A stretch of DNA of 64,000 nucleotides. Source: Candidatus Latescibacterota bacterium (GTDB lineage: Bacteria > Latescibacterota > UBA2968). The notes under the pieces were generated by a model. It did not search any database. It was not told the origin of the DNA and worked only from the letters and a program-made list of their open reading frames with translations. Below, piece by piece: positions 52,901 through 63,735 of this stretch (the first letter of the stretch is position 1; each line of letters begins with the position of its first letter). Position numbers and translations under genes: made by a program. The DNA is taken from NCBI GenBank assembly GCA_965198115.1, contig OZ240241.1, positions 6,080,001 through 6,144,000 of the forward strand, in the 5' to 3' direction.

Positions 52901-53691
52901 TCTCAATGCCGCCGTTGACGAGGTCCGTAAGGACCAGTGGCGTAAAGCTGCCCCGGATGAGCGCAAAGCCATGAAGGGCCTCCGATGGCTCCTCTACCGG
53001 CACTCAGCGACACGCTCCAGAGGGGATACTCGGACACTCAAAGCACTGGAGAAGGCGAACTACCGAATCTATAGAGCCTGGAGACTCAAGGACGAGTTCG
53101 AGCAGTTCTGGGAATACAAAGCGCCCTGGGCTGCCGAACGCTTCCTGAAATGCTGGACGACGTCCGCACTCAGAAGTCGACTTGAACCCCTGCGAAAGTT
53201 CGTCAGGACCCTGCGACAGCACTTCTTCGGCGTCCTCGCATTCGTGAACACGCGTCTTACCAACGCCATCGCCGAAGGCCTCAACCGAATCGTCCAAATC
53301 GTCAAGAACCGAGCCAGCGGATTCCGCACACTCGACGCATTCAACGATATGATCTTCCTTACCGTCGGAGACATAAACATCCCTGAGCAGATTCCGAAGA
53401 GGTTCCGCACACTCTAACCGCGCCCCCATGCCAGGAACCACGGCACCTTCACCCACTTCATCTCGTTGAGAGATCCGGATATAGCCTAAAATAAGGGCGG
53501 ACCTGGTCGACGTTCTCCTCCATATAGGTCGCACGGAAGACGCAGACCGAAATTTTCGAGTCCTAGTGAACAATCACGCCGAGATGACTCTTCGGGGTGA
53601 CCTGTCTCAGAGAACTCGAGCGCTCGCCGATCGACTGGGGGCCCAACTCGGTGTATCGGCCGTATCACTCCTGCCGGGGAAGGGGAACTGA
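49988..53691 (+). pseudogene. GT-C/ArnT-like membrane protein with C-terminal TPR repeats, interrupted by ISL3
   Basis: GDNAEFIVLARS, KYPPGFP, LSEMPY, RFIVP and TPR motifs. The frame resumes after the TSD (QPKIRADLVDVL...GN*). Frameshift near 50320. Confidence 0.78.
52067..53486 (+). mobile_element. ISL3-family IS (1420 bp); transposase 52140-53417 with two compensating indels
   Basis: IRs GGCTCTATCCGGGTTTCTCAAC / GGCTATATCCGGATCTCTCAAC; TSD TAAAATAA; GIDE, CDM, DRFH and TNAIAEGLN. Confidence 0.95.
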
Positions 53692-53817
53692 TCGCGGAAG
53701 AATTCGTTCAGCGATCAGTCTTGGAATAGACAAGTCGATCGACAATGTGCAGCGTGCACAACAGCGACGGATGACTCTATCATTCAACCACACTCGCCAC
53801 CCAACACATTTCAGCCT

Positions 53818-54459
53818 GTGCACACGATCTACACACTCCTCGTAGTGCTCGCTCTTCACCCCGCAAAAGCGGAGGACCGAAAACCTCTTACCGTCCTCTT
53901 CTTGGGCGACAGCATCACCGCGGGTTACGGTCTGGCCAACGTAGACGATGCGTTTCCCGCTCTGCTCCAGAGCCGTATCGACAGTCTCGGTTGGGACGTC
54001 AAAATCATCAACGCGGGACTGAGCGGCGAAACATCCTCGGGTGGACTTCGCAGGATCGACTGGTTGCTACGACGTCACATCGACGTGCTTGTCCTCGAAC
54101 TCGGAGCGAACGATGGTCTGCGAGGCGTCGCTCTCGACCTGACGAAACAGAACTTGCTCGCGATCGTGAAAAAAACGAAGGCGGCCCTTCCCGATGCCCG
54201 CATCATCATCGCGGGAATGGAAATGCCGCCCAATCTGGGTGAGGATTACGCCTCTGCGTTTCGTGAAATATTTCCAGCGATCGCGCTCGAAACCGAGTCT
54301 GACCTGATTTCATTCCTGCTCGAAGGCGTCGGAGGCAAACCGGATCTCAACCTCGCCGACGGCAAACATCCCAATGCCGCTGGCCACCGTCTCGTCGCCG
54401 AAACAGTGTGGCCCGTGCTCGCGCGCCATCTTCGCGAACTAACAACGTCATCTCCCTGA
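53818..54459 (+). CDS. tesA: GDSL arylesterase/acyl-CoA thioesterase I
   Basis: GDSITAGYG, NAGLSGETS, ELGANDGLRG, DGKHPN. Confidence 0.88.
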   Translation: MHTIYTLLVVLALHPAKAEDRKPLTVLFLGDSITAGYGLANVDDAFPALLQSRIDSLGWDVKIINAGLSGETSSGGLRRIDWLLRRHIDVLVLELGANDGLRGVALDLTKQNLLAIVKKTKAALPDARIIIAGMEMPPNLGEDYASAFREIFPAIALETESDLISFLLEGVGGKPDLNLADGKHPNAAGHRLVAETVWPVLARHLRELTTSSP

Positions 54460-54535
54460 CAAGACCCCATCGCTTTTTATCCCCCAGCCAGGAAGAGATC
54501 GTCGACCCGAACATTTTTCCCCCGCCGCTGTAGAC

Positions 54536-57067
54536 TCAATACTCCGCACGGAGCACTTCGAGGGGCGGCCGTGACGCAACGCCTCGACTGTTTGCAGCCC
54601 CCACGACGACTGTCAAACCCGCCACGATCGCGAAAACCGCGAACACCTCCACACCAGGCCGCACGAACCCCACGTCGAAAACGGTCACTGAAAGCGCCCA
54701 GGCGGCGCCAACGGCAAGGCATCCCCCGGCCAATCCGGCCAGGCTACCCAGCAACAGATACTCGAGAAGCAGGATACGATGGATCTGTTTTCTCGACGCG
54801 CCAATCGTCCGCAGCAAGACGCTTTCCCGGATCCGTTGATAGCGACTCGAAATCACGGCCGCCGTGAGGACGATCAACCCTGTACCGACGCTGAACAGAG
54901 CCATAAAACGCATGACGAATCCCACGCGTGACAGGACATCGTCGGCCGTTTTCAACACTAGCCCCAGATCGATGACGGAGACGTTTGGAAAGCGCTTCAC
55001 CAGACGGCGTTGCATCAGCGCGGACACCTCCGTCGAAGACACGCGCGACGTTACAACCTCGAACTGTGGCGCTCCTTCGAGCACCCCGGCTGGAAAAACG
55101 ACCCAGAAATTCGGTTGAATTCGCTGCCAGTCGATCTGTCGGGTGCTGGCAACGACACAATCGATCGGCACACCCTGCACGTCGAATGTCAACGAATCAC
55201 CCAGTTCCAGCCGCAGATTTCGGATCAGACTCTCACCGACCGAAATAGGGACGGGCCCCTGATCGGGATCGTGATCCCCAATCCACTCACCCTCAGTCAC
55301 CGTCTCCGAATCGAACAGAAAGGATCGGTATGTCGAGCGATATTCACGTGTCAGCACCCAGGTAGAAGGCCGACGCTCCCTATCCATCATCGCCTGGATC
55401 GCTTCCCCTTTGACCGAAGCCAGTCGCATCGTCACCACCGGCACCTTGTGCACGACCGGGAGACCCTGATCTCTCAGAACCCCGATCACGTCCTCTGTCT
55501 GATCCGGTTGCACATCGAACAGAACGACATTCGGTCGATCGCCCCCGCCGGCCAGAGCGACCTGGTTCAAAAGCGTATCCTGCATCAGGTAAAGCGTCGA
55601 AATCAGGAAGGTCCCGAGCCCCAGCGACAAAACCAGCACGTGAGTTTGATTCCGAGGCCGGTAGAGGTTCGCTGCTCCCTGGCGCCACACATACGGCCAC
55701 GAACGAGGCAAGAGCCGGCGCACAATACGAGTCAATGCATAGGCCGCGGCGGCCAGAACGACGAAAGCGGCGACCATCCCGGCGGTCAGACCCAACCCGT
55801 TCCTGAGTCCCCCCATGTGCGCGATCGACAGCGTCGACACGATCGCAAGAACCAGCCCTGCGATCACGAACTGCGCAGGATCAGGGCGTCGGGTCCCTTC
55901 GTACGAAGCCCTCAAGCTCAACAGGGGCGATACTCGACGAACCGCAATCAACGGGAACATCGCAAAGAGCAACGACAAACCCGTTCCGATTCCCACTCCC
56001 TGAATCACGGCCTCGACATCGACTTCCGTATCCACGTCCACTGGCAGCAAATCACTCAACACGTAAGGCAGGATACCCTGTAGCACCGCTCCGCCCACCG
56101 CCCCCATCGACGAACCTAACGCTCCCAGCCCCAACGTCTGAACCACGTAAACGGCCAGAGCCTGCGTGGGCTGAGCACCCAGACAACGCAAGACAGCGAC
56201 CGTCGACAGCTTCTGACGGATGTAGACGTGGATGGCGCTCGCTACACCTACACACCCCAGCAGAAGAGCCGCGAAACCGGACAGACTCAGATACCGATAG
56301 AGGTTGTCCAGGGTGCGACCCATCCTTCTGACGCGGCGGGAAACCGTCTCATACCGAACCCCGTGCTTCTCGCGGAATCCCCGGAGATACCGCGTCAAAG
56401 CTGTCATATCGGTCTCAGCTGGAAGCTCGAACGTGACCCGATAGGACACGATGCTACCGTGTTGGATCAGCCCCGTCGCATCCAGATCCCTCATCGGTAT
56501 GAACACACGAGGCGCGGCATCCATTAAGGCAGCCGATTCACCCGACACGGCCTCGACACGTCCCACGATTTCGAACGTAGAAGTGCCCAATCGCAGAACA
56601 TCACCGACGTTCACGTCATACTGGATCATCAGTGCCGCATCGACCAGGGCCGTTCCCGAACCGAATCGCGTCGCACGTGCATCGGACGGCGTTGTACGGA
56701 ACGTCCCGTAGAACGGAAACTCACCCTGAATCGCGCGAGCCTGAATCAGCCGCGTCCCGTCAACCCGGGGGAAGTAGACCATCGACGCGAACCGCACTTC
56801 CCTCGCCTGGCGACCCCCGAGGGAATCGATCAAAGCCTCAGTCGCGTCGTTAAACGGTCGCTGACTCGACAGCTCGAGATCCGCACCCAGAAGAGCCTTC
56901 GCCTGCGTCTGAACCGCCCGTTCCAGATGACCACCCACCGACCGGATTGCTACCAGGGCGCCGACGCCCATCGCAATACACGAAAAGAACAACAACAGGC
57001 GTCGTCGATACGTCCGCGTATCGCGCCACGCCATTTTCCACACCCACGGATCGAGAAAAACAGTCAT
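54536..57067 (-). CDS. YbbP-like FtsX-family ABC permease
   Basis: MAWRDTR, LLGADL, AVLRCLGA, FDVQPDQ, LLRTIGA, PPLEVLR. Confidence 0.88.
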   Translation of the reverse strand: MTVFLDPWVWKMAWRDTRTYRRRLLLFFSCIAMGVGALVAIRSVGGHLERAVQTQAKALLGADLELSSQRPFNDATEALIDSLGGRQAREVRFASMVYFPRVDGTRLIQARAIQGEFPFYGTFRTTPSDARATRFGSGTALVDAALMIQYDVNVGDVLRLGTSTFEIVGRVEAVSGESAALMDAAPRVFIPMRDLDATGLIQHGSIVSYRVTFELPAETDMTALTRYLRGFREKHGVRYETVSRRVRRMGRTLDNLYRYLSLSGFAALLLGCVGVASAIHVYIRQKLSTVAVLRCLGAQPTQALAVYVVQTLGLGALGSSMGAVGGAVLQGILPYVLSDLLPVDVDTEVDVEAVIQGVGIGTGLSLLFAMFPLIAVRRVSPLLSLRASYEGTRRPDPAQFVIAGLVLAIVSTLSIAHMGGLRNGLGLTAGMVAAFVVLAAAAYALTRIVRRLLPRSWPYVWRQGAANLYRPRNQTHVLVLSLGLGTFLISTLYLMQDTLLNQVALAGGGDRPNVVLFDVQPDQTEDVIGVLRDQGLPVVHKVPVVTMRLASVKGEAIQAMMDRERRPSTWVLTREYRSTYRSFLFDSETVTEGEWIGDHDPDQGPVPISVGESLIRNLRLELGDSLTFDVQGVPIDCVVASTRQIDWQRIQPNFWVVFPAGVLEGAPQFEVVTSRVSSTEVSALMQRRLVKRFPNVSVIDLGLVLKTADDVLSRVGFVMRFMALFSVGTGLIVLTAAVISSRYQRIRESVLLRTIGASRKQIHRILLLEYLLLGSLAGLAGGCLAVGAAWALSVTVFDVGFVRPGVEVFAVFAIVAGLTVVVGAANSRGVASRPPLEVLRAEY

Positions 57068-57117
57068 TTCAATGTTCTCACCTTCCCCTGCGGGCTCCAC
57101 CTCCGCCACCGGGTGAC

Positions 57118-57840
57118 TCAGGTCGTCCCTTCGGCCTTCCTTCGTGTCTTCGTGTCTTCGTGGTTCAGCTTCTTGTTTCCCGTAAGCTCGCCGCCGTGCA
57201 GGCGAATCACCCGATCCGTTCGGCCGGCCAACTCCAGATCGTGTGTCGCCATCAACAGCGTCGTTCCGGCTTCCCGGTTCAGATCGAACAGAAGATCCAC
57301 GATCGTGTGACTCGTATCCGCATCCAGGTTTCCGGTCGGCTCATCCGCGAACAGAATTCTCGGACGGTTGATGAAGGCTCGGGCAATCGCGACGCGCTGC
57401 TGTTCTCCGCCCGACAACTGCGCCGGGTAGTGATCCATTCGATCCCCCAGACCAACGCGATCGAGAAGCTCTGCGGCCTGGCGCTCGACCTGACGTTCCC
57501 CACGCAGCTCCAACGGTACCATCACGTTCTCGATAGCCATCAACGTCGGGATCAGCTGAAAACTCTGGAACACGAATCCCACGCACATGCCACGAAGATC
57601 CGAAAGCTGATCTTCCGTCAAATCATTGAGCGCCACATCGAGCAGAAGGATCGACCCGGCCGTCGGCCTGTCCAGCCCGGCACAGAGCCCCAGCAACGTC
57701 GTTTTACCGCTTCCTGATGGTCCCACGAGCGAACACGCCTCGCCCTGTGTCACATCGAATGTCACGTCTTTAAGCACCACCAGCTCGTGCGATCCGGTCG
57801 AATACCGCTTCGTCAGATTCTCTACTCGAAGCATCCTCAT
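57118..57840 (-). CDS. YbbA-like ABC transporter ATP-binding protein
   Basis: [26 protein letters not shown]. Confidence 0.9.
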   Translation of the reverse strand: MRMLRVENLTKRYSTGSHELVVLKDVTFDVTQGEACSLVGPSGSGKTTLLGLCAGLDRPTAGSILLLDVALNDLTEDQLSDLRGMCVGFVFQSFQLIPTLMAIENVMVPLELRGERQVERQAAELLDRVGLGDRMDHYPAQLSGGEQQRVAIARAFINRPRILFADEPTGNLDADTSHTIVDLLFDLNREAGTTLLMATHDLELAGRTDRVIRLHGGELTGNKKLNHEDTKTRRKAEGTT

Positions 57841-57862
57841 TCCTTGGTCGAGACATTAAAAA

Positions 57863-59282
57863 GGCTCTATCCGGGTTTCTCAACGGTGAAACTATAGAAT
57901 GACAAGGTCATAGATCGTTCCCTACGCTTGGTTGTGTGTGTAGGACAATCAAAGCGAAGGGGGTGCGACCTATGACCGGGAGCAGATTACTATCGAAACT
58001 GCTGAGATTCAAGGGGTTCCGTGTTGTCAGCTGGTGGTTTGAGGGGAGAAGCTGCTTCGTCATCGCCGTAAAGCCACATAAGAATGGTTGTTGTTGTCCG
58101 GAGTGCGGCCGTCGAGGTAAAATCGTCCGCACAATGCCCCATCCGCGTCGGTGGCGTGACATTCCGGTGTGCGGGTGGAGGGTCTGGCTTCTCTACCATC
58201 CTCGGGAGATTCGGTGTCCTACCCACGGTCGTGTGGTCGAGGAGATTCCGTGGGCGGAGCGGTTCTCTCGGGTGACGTATCGCTTCGAGTATGCCATGCT
58301 GCGCTACTGCCAGACCATGACGCAGAAGGCGGCGTCCGAGTTACTGCGCATCTCTGCCTCGACGCTGTCGGATCTCCTTCACCGATCCATCACGCGGCTT
58401 CGTGAAGGTCATCGTATCCGAGGGCTCAAAACCATCGGGATCGACGAGATCTCCTACGCCAAGCGTCACAGGTACGCCACGCTCGTTTACGATCTGGACC
58501 GCTCCTGCGTGGTGTGGGTTGGCCGCGGCAGGGCGCGTAAAACGATCGATCGGTTCTTCACAGAGGCTCTCAGTCCCTACCGGAGATCCAAGATCGAGTG
58601 GGCCTGCTGCGACATGAGCGAAGCTTACATCGGAGCCATCCAGGAACACTGTCCGAATGCCAAGCTGGTCCTCGATCGCTTTCACATCGTCAAGGCTCTC
58701 AATGCCGCCGTTGACGAGGTCCGTAAGGACCAGTGGCGTAAAGCTGCCCCGGATGAGCGCAAAGCCATGAAGGGCCTCCGATGGCTCCTCTACCGGCACT
58801 CAGCGACACGCTCCAGAGGGGATACTCGGACACTCAAAGCACTGGAGAAGGCGAACTACCGAATCTATAGAGCCTGGAGACTCAAGGACGAGTTCGAGCA
58901 GTTCTGGGAATACAAAGCGCCCTGGGCTGCCGAACGCTTCCTGAAATGCTGGACGACGTCCGCACTCAGAAGTCGACGTGAACCCCTGCGAAAGTTCGTC
59001 AGGACCCTGCGACAGCACTTCTTCGGCGTCCTCGCATTCGTGAACACGCGTCTTACCAACGCCATCGCCAAAGGCCTCAACCGAATCGTCCAAATCGTCA
59101 AGAACCGAGCCAGCGGATTCCGCACACTCGACGCATTCAACGATATGATCTTCCTTACCGTCGGAGACATAAACATCCCTGAGCAGATTCCGAAGAGGTT
59201 CCGCACACTCTAACCGCGCCCCCATGCCAGGAACCACGGCACCTTCACCCACTTCATCTCGTTGAGAGATCCGGATATAGCC
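57863..59282 (+). mobile_element. ISL3-family IS (1420 bp)
   Basis: Same IRs as the other copies; TSD ATTAAAAA; inserted 22 bp upstream of the ABC ATPase start. Confidence 0.95.
57936..59213 (+). CDS. ISL3 transposase (full length, TNAIAKGLN variant)
   Basis: Zn-finger CPECG, GIDE, CDM, DRFH. Confidence 0.9.
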   Translation: MCRTIKAKGVRPMTGSRLLSKLLRFKGFRVVSWWFEGRSCFVIAVKPHKNGCCCPECGRRGKIVRTMPHPRRWRDIPVCGWRVWLLYHPREIRCPTHGRVVEEIPWAERFSRVTYRFEYAMLRYCQTMTQKAASELLRISASTLSDLLHRSITRLREGHRIRGLKTIGIDEISYAKRHRYATLVYDLDRSCVVWVGRGRARKTIDRFFTEALSPYRRSKIEWACCDMSEAYIGAIQEHCPNAKLVLDRFHIVKALNAAVDEVRKDQWRKAAPDERKAMKGLRWLLYRHSATRSRGDTRTLKALEKANYRIYRAWRLKDEFEQFWEYKAPWAAERFLKCWTTSALRSRREPLRKFVRTLRQHFFGVLAFVNTRLTNAIAKGLNRIVQIVKNRASGFRTLDAFNDMIFLTVGDINIPEQIPKRFRTL

Positions 59283-59285
59283 ATT

Positions 59286-59314
59286 AAAAAGAGGGACCAG
59301 AAACCCGGTCCCTC
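59286..59314 (-). terminator. Intrinsic-terminator-like hairpin
   Basis: GAGGGACC/GGTCCCTC stem followed by a T5 tract on the minus strand; the ISL3 landed in its A/T tail. Confidence 0.5.
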
Positions 59315-59466
59315 CAGACATCGAAATTTACACAATCTTCATTCAGCGTCTACCCTACTAACCTGAATCATGCATGAATTTGAGTTTAGGTTGTTTTGGA
59401 ATGATGTGATCACGCACAGGATTTGTTCTCGGCTTCTTCGGATGTCCAAGGTCCCGTAAGCGGTTT

Positions 59467-60854
59467 GGTGAGGTCCCTATCCTAGTTGAAACTTAAAGGG
59501 CTCCAAACTTACGTTGTGGGTAGACGTGTGAGAGCGTGTACCCGTAAGAAAGGAGCCCACGATGGAGAAGCTATTTGCAGGGGATGGCGAAGTCAAGGTT
59601 GGGTCAGACGTTATGGATTTGGAGACGCGTTTATCGGTGATCCGGGCGCTGATTCCGCTGGGTCTGGAGGCCGTTGCCGACGTGCTCCAGCAGGAGGTGG
59701 AGCAGCTCGCAGGCGTTCGGTATGCGCGTAAGGGTTCAGAGCAGTCGCATCGTCGATGGGGAAGCCAGAAAGGGTCCGTGTATCTGATGGACCAGAAGCT
59801 GCCGGTGGCCGTTCCCCGTGTGCGCGACGTCGAGTCCGATACGGAGGTTTCTCTGGCCGCATACCGGGGGATGCAGAGGCCCAGAGCGATGGATGAGAAG
59901 CTGCTGCTTCGTGTGCTCAAGGGAATCTCCTGTCGCAACTACAGAGCCTGTGCAGAGTCGGTACCCGAAGCGTTCGGAATCTCGGCATCCTCCGTCTCGC
60001 GACGGTTCATCAAAGCCACCGCAAAGAAGCTGAAGCAGTTCCAGGAACGACCGCTCGACGACTACGACTTGGTCGCCCTGTTCATCGACGGAAAGAGCTT
60101 TGCCGACGAAGAGATCGTGATCGCTCCGGGCGTCACGACGGACGGCCAGAAGATCCCCCTGGGCTTCGTCGAATCGGCGACGGAGAACGAACGGATCTGC
60201 CGTCAGCTGATCCAGGATCTCATCCGGAGAGGCCTGTGCTACGACCAGGGCCTTCTCGTTGTGCTGGACGGCTCAAAGGGACTCCGCTGTGCCGTCACCA
60301 AAGCCCTCAAAGGGGATGTGTGCGTGCATCGCTGTCAGTGGCACAAGCGCGAGAACGTCGTCAGCTACCTCCCGGAGGCAGAACGTCCAAGAGTTCGACG
60401 GAAACTTCAGAAAGCCTATGACTGCGACACCTACGAGGAGGCAAAGGCCGCACTCGAATCACTCAAACCCGAACTCAAGCTGATGAATCAGTCTGCCGTG
60501 GCAAGCCTCGAGGAAGGACTGGAGGAAACCCTGACCCTCCACCGGCTGGGGATGCTCCCGTTCTTGAAGCGAAGCTTCCGAACCACCAATTGCATCGAGG
60601 CGCTCAACAGCATGACCGGCAACCTGATACGGAAGGTCAACCGCTGGAACAACTCTCCTCAGCGACACAGATGGGTCGCGGCCGCACTCCTCGACATCGA
60701 ACCACGCCTGCGACGCGTGAGCGGATACAAACACCTCCCGCTGCTCAGGCAAGCACTGAAAAACAACCTGAATCTCGGCGACAATCAAGATGCTCGGCAG
60801 AGAGCATGAATACCACGGAGCCCGATGAGTTTCAACTGACTATGGGACTTGACC
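59467..60854 (+). mobile_element. IS256-family IS (1388 bp)
   Basis: IRs GGTGAGGTCCCTATCCTAGTTGAAACT / GGTCAAGTCCCATAGTCAGTTGAAACT; TSD AGCGGTTT/AGCGGTCT (1 mismatch). Confidence 0.9.
59562..60809 (+). CDS. IS256 (Mutator-like) transposase
   Basis: LFIDG, VLDGSKGL, RCQWHKREN, TTNCIE. Confidence 0.9.
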   Translation: MEKLFAGDGEVKVGSDVMDLETRLSVIRALIPLGLEAVADVLQQEVEQLAGVRYARKGSEQSHRRWGSQKGSVYLMDQKLPVAVPRVRDVESDTEVSLAAYRGMQRPRAMDEKLLLRVLKGISCRNYRACAESVPEAFGISASSVSRRFIKATAKKLKQFQERPLDDYDLVALFIDGKSFADEEIVIAPGVTTDGQKIPLGFVESATENERICRQLIQDLIRRGLCYDQGLLVVLDGSKGLRCAVTKALKGDVCVHRCQWHKRENVVSYLPEAERPRVRRKLQKAYDCDTYEEAKAALESLKPELKLMNQSAVASLEEGLEETLTLHRLGMLPFLKRSFRTTNCIEALNSMTGNLIRKVNRWNNSPQRHRWVAAALLDIEPRLRRVSGYKHLPLLRQALKNNLNLGDNQDARQRA

Positions 60855-60950
60855 AGCGGTCTCTACGAGTCGCAAGAGTCACGATTTTCGTCCGGAACAG
60901 GTGTTGTTTTGCGACGTGTACATAGCTGTCCCCGGTATAGATCGGCGTTG

Positions 60951-62229
60951 TTACTGCGTGTTCGTTTCGAGCCTGGTGATGATTGACACCAAGACGTTTT
61001 TGAGTGGATACGATGTTGGAAAATGGAATCGGATTCTTCGTGCGCTTTCAATGACTCTCGCGCCGATTTTGAGGAAACGGTTCTGTATCGTGTTGACCTG
61101 AGGTTTGGTCCACGCGGTGCCCTTGAGTCCCTGTGATCGGAGTGCGTGAAGCAAGGCGTATGCAGCACTGTGTAGAAAGAGTCGGAACTGGTTGGCTTCA
61201 AACTTGTGGCACGATGTTCGATCGGATACGATCATAGATAAAGCCGTCTCGATTACTCTGTAAATTGGTCACGCGGTATCTTGGATTTGCTTCGCCGTTT
61301 GTGACTTCAGCCTTGTGAATGATCCGGCGAGGCTGCCGGTAGGTGCCAGCCTGATATGAGAAGGATGAGAACAAGCGAATCGTCTCCTTATGCTCGCTCA
61401 GACGTAGCGCTTGGTCCATCAGGTTTTGTCCAGCCGCTTTGAGCTTGGAGTTGGCGCCCTGGCCCAGAACGTAGTAGATACCGTTGTCTTCGCAGAAATC
61501 GTGCATCTCTGGTGAGCTGAACTTTGAGTCTGCGCGAACGATGATCTCCACGTTTGGCCAAGATCCGCGTAGGTGTTCCACCAAGCGCTTGAGAATAGAA
61601 ACGACCTGTTTACCGTTCGTCGGATGCCCGGGTCTCAAGATCGTCGTAATGAGCTTGCCGCTTTGGCCTTCATAGATATGTAGCGGCATATAGCAGTGTT
61701 CATTGTAATACGCGTTGAAGAGTGAAAATTGTTGCGCACCGTGCGTTGGGTCATCCGTGTCGTCGATATCGAGAATGATGCTTGGGGGTGCCTGGTCATA
61801 CGATGCGATGAACCCGTCTACAAAAGCCCGTGCGAGCCGATACAAATCCGAGCGTCGCACATCATTCTCAAGTCGTGTCATCGTTGATTGGCTCCCGAGA
61901 TCAGGACCGGAAAGAGGAAGCCGATCGCAGGCAGCCTTGACGCCCGGATCGTGGCGCAAATCATCACAATCGACGGCATCTTCATAGCCGCAAGCGATCT
62001 GAAAAACACGCTGCTTCACAAGATCCAAAAGCGTGTGATCGATATAGCTTGGGTGACGACGATCTCGCAAAGCATCTACCATTCTGGCGATCAATCCCAT
62101 CTGAGACTCAAGGGCGCGAAGCAACAGAACTCCACCGTCACTCCTGACGGCGCCACCGGCAAAATCAGCCTCAACTACCTTGCCCGAAATGCTTGCGAAT
62201 GGTAACCGGATCTGACTAGGTTCTATCAT
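60951..62229 (-). pseudogene. IS1380 transposase with internal deletion and frameshift near 61240
   Basis: SDGGVLL, IACGYED, LDIDDTDD, RADS, SDRTSCHKFEANQFRL. The R-G-x-x-E-N-x-I-K segment expected before SDRTS is missing. Confidence 0.85.
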
Positions 62230-62315
62230 GGTAGTTCCTTCCAAGTGTTGTTTTGATGTGTCAGCCCTAATGTAGGGAAAAACAAACACTTGTACAAGGA
62301 GACTACCTTTTTTAT

Positions 62316-63735
62316 GGCTATATCCGGATCTCTCAACGAGATGAAGTGGGTGAAGGTGCCGTGGTTCCTGGCATGGGGGCGCGGTTAGAGTGTGCGGAAC
62401 CTCTTCGGAATCTGCTCAGGGATGTTTATGTCTCCGACGGTAAGGAAGATCATATCGTTGAATGCGTCGAGTGTGCGGAATCCGCTGGCTCGGTTCTTGA
62501 CGATTTGGACGATTCGGTTGAGGCCTTTGGCGATGGCGTTGGTAAGACGCGTGTTCACGAATGCGAGGACGCCGAAGAAGTGCTGTCGCAGGGTCCTGAC
62601 GAACTTTCGCAGGGGTTCACGTCGACTTCTGAGTGCGGACGTCGTCCAGCATTTCAGGAAGCGTTCGGCAGCCCAGGGCGCTTTGTATTCCCAGAACTGC
62701 TCGAACTCGTCCTTGAGTCTCCAGGCTCTATAGATTCGGTAGTTCGCCTTCTCCAGTGCTTTGAGTGTCCGAGTATCCCCTCTGGAGCGTGTCGCTGAGT
62801 GCCGGTAGAGGAGCCATCGGAGGCCCTTCATGGCTTTGCGCTCATCCGGGGCAGCTTTACGCCACTGGTCCTTACGGACCTCGTCAACGGCGGCATTGAG
62901 AGCCTTGACGATGTGAAAGCGATCGAGGACCAGCTTGGCATTCGGACAGTGTTCCTGGATGGCTCCGATGTAAGCTTCGCTCATGTCGCAGCAGGCCCAC
63001 TCGATCTTGGATCTCCGGTAGGGACTGAGAGCCTCTGTGAAGAACCGATCGATCGTTTTACGCGCCCTGCCGCGGCCAACCCACACCACGCAGGAGCGGT
63101 CCAGATCGTAAACGAGCGTGGCGTACCTGTGACGCTTGGCGTAGGAGATCTCGTCGATCCCGATGGTTTTGAGCCCTCGGATACGATGACCTTCACGAAG
63201 CCGCGTGATGGATCGGTGAAGGAGATCCGACAGCGTCGAGGCAGAGATGCGCAGTAACTCGGACGCCGCCTTCTGCGTCATGGTCTGGCAGTAGCGCAGC
63301 ATGGCATACTCGAAGCGATACGTCACCCGAGAGAACCGCTCCGCCCACGGAATCTCCTCGACCACACGACCGTGGGTAGGACACCGAATCTCCCGAGGAT
63401 GGTAGAGAAGCCAGACCCTCCACCCGCACACCGGAATGTCACGCCACCGACGCGGATGGGGCATTGTGCGGACGATTTTACCTCGACGGCCGCACTCCGG
63501 ACAACAACAACCATTCTTATGTGGCTTTACGGCGATGACGAAACAGCTTCTCCCCTCAAACCACCAGCTGACAACACGGAACCCCTTGAATCTCAGCAGT
63601 TTCGATAGTAATCTGCTCCCGGTCATAGGTCGCACCCCCTTCGCTTTGATTGTCCTACACACACAACCAAGCGTAGGGAACGATCTATGACCTTGTCATT
63701 CTATAGTTTCACCGTTGAGAAACCCGGATAGAGCC
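62316..63735 (-). mobile_element. ISL3-family IS (1420 bp) nested in the IS1380 left end
   Basis: IRs present; TSD TTTTTTAT. Confidence 0.95.
62385..63662 (-). CDS. ISL3 transposase (same protein as 57936-59213)
   Basis: Identical 425-aa translation including TNAIAKGLN. Confidence 0.9.
   Translation of the reverse strand: MCRTIKAKGVRPMTGSRLLSKLLRFKGFRVVSWWFEGRSCFVIAVKPHKNGCCCPECGRRGKIVRTMPHPRRWRDIPVCGWRVWLLYHPREIRCPTHGRVVEEIPWAERFSRVTYRFEYAMLRYCQTMTQKAASELLRISASTLSDLLHRSITRLREGHRIRGLKTIGIDEISYAKRHRYATLVYDLDRSCVVWVGRGRARKTIDRFFTEALSPYRRSKIEWACCDMSEAYIGAIQEHCPNAKLVLDRFHIVKALNAAVDEVRKDQWRKAAPDERKAMKGLRWLLYRHSATRSRGDTRTLKALEKANYRIYRAWRLKDEFEQFWEYKAPWAAERFLKCWTTSALRSRREPLRKFVRTLRQHFFGVLAFVNTRLTNAIAKGLNRIVQIVKNRASGFRTLDAFNDMIFLTVGDINIPEQIPKRFRTL

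Noticed and set aside
57863-63735. Composite transposon bounded by inverted ISL3 copies
   Set aside because: Each copy has its own matching TSD and the second sits inside IS1380, so they are independent insertions with no cargo gene.
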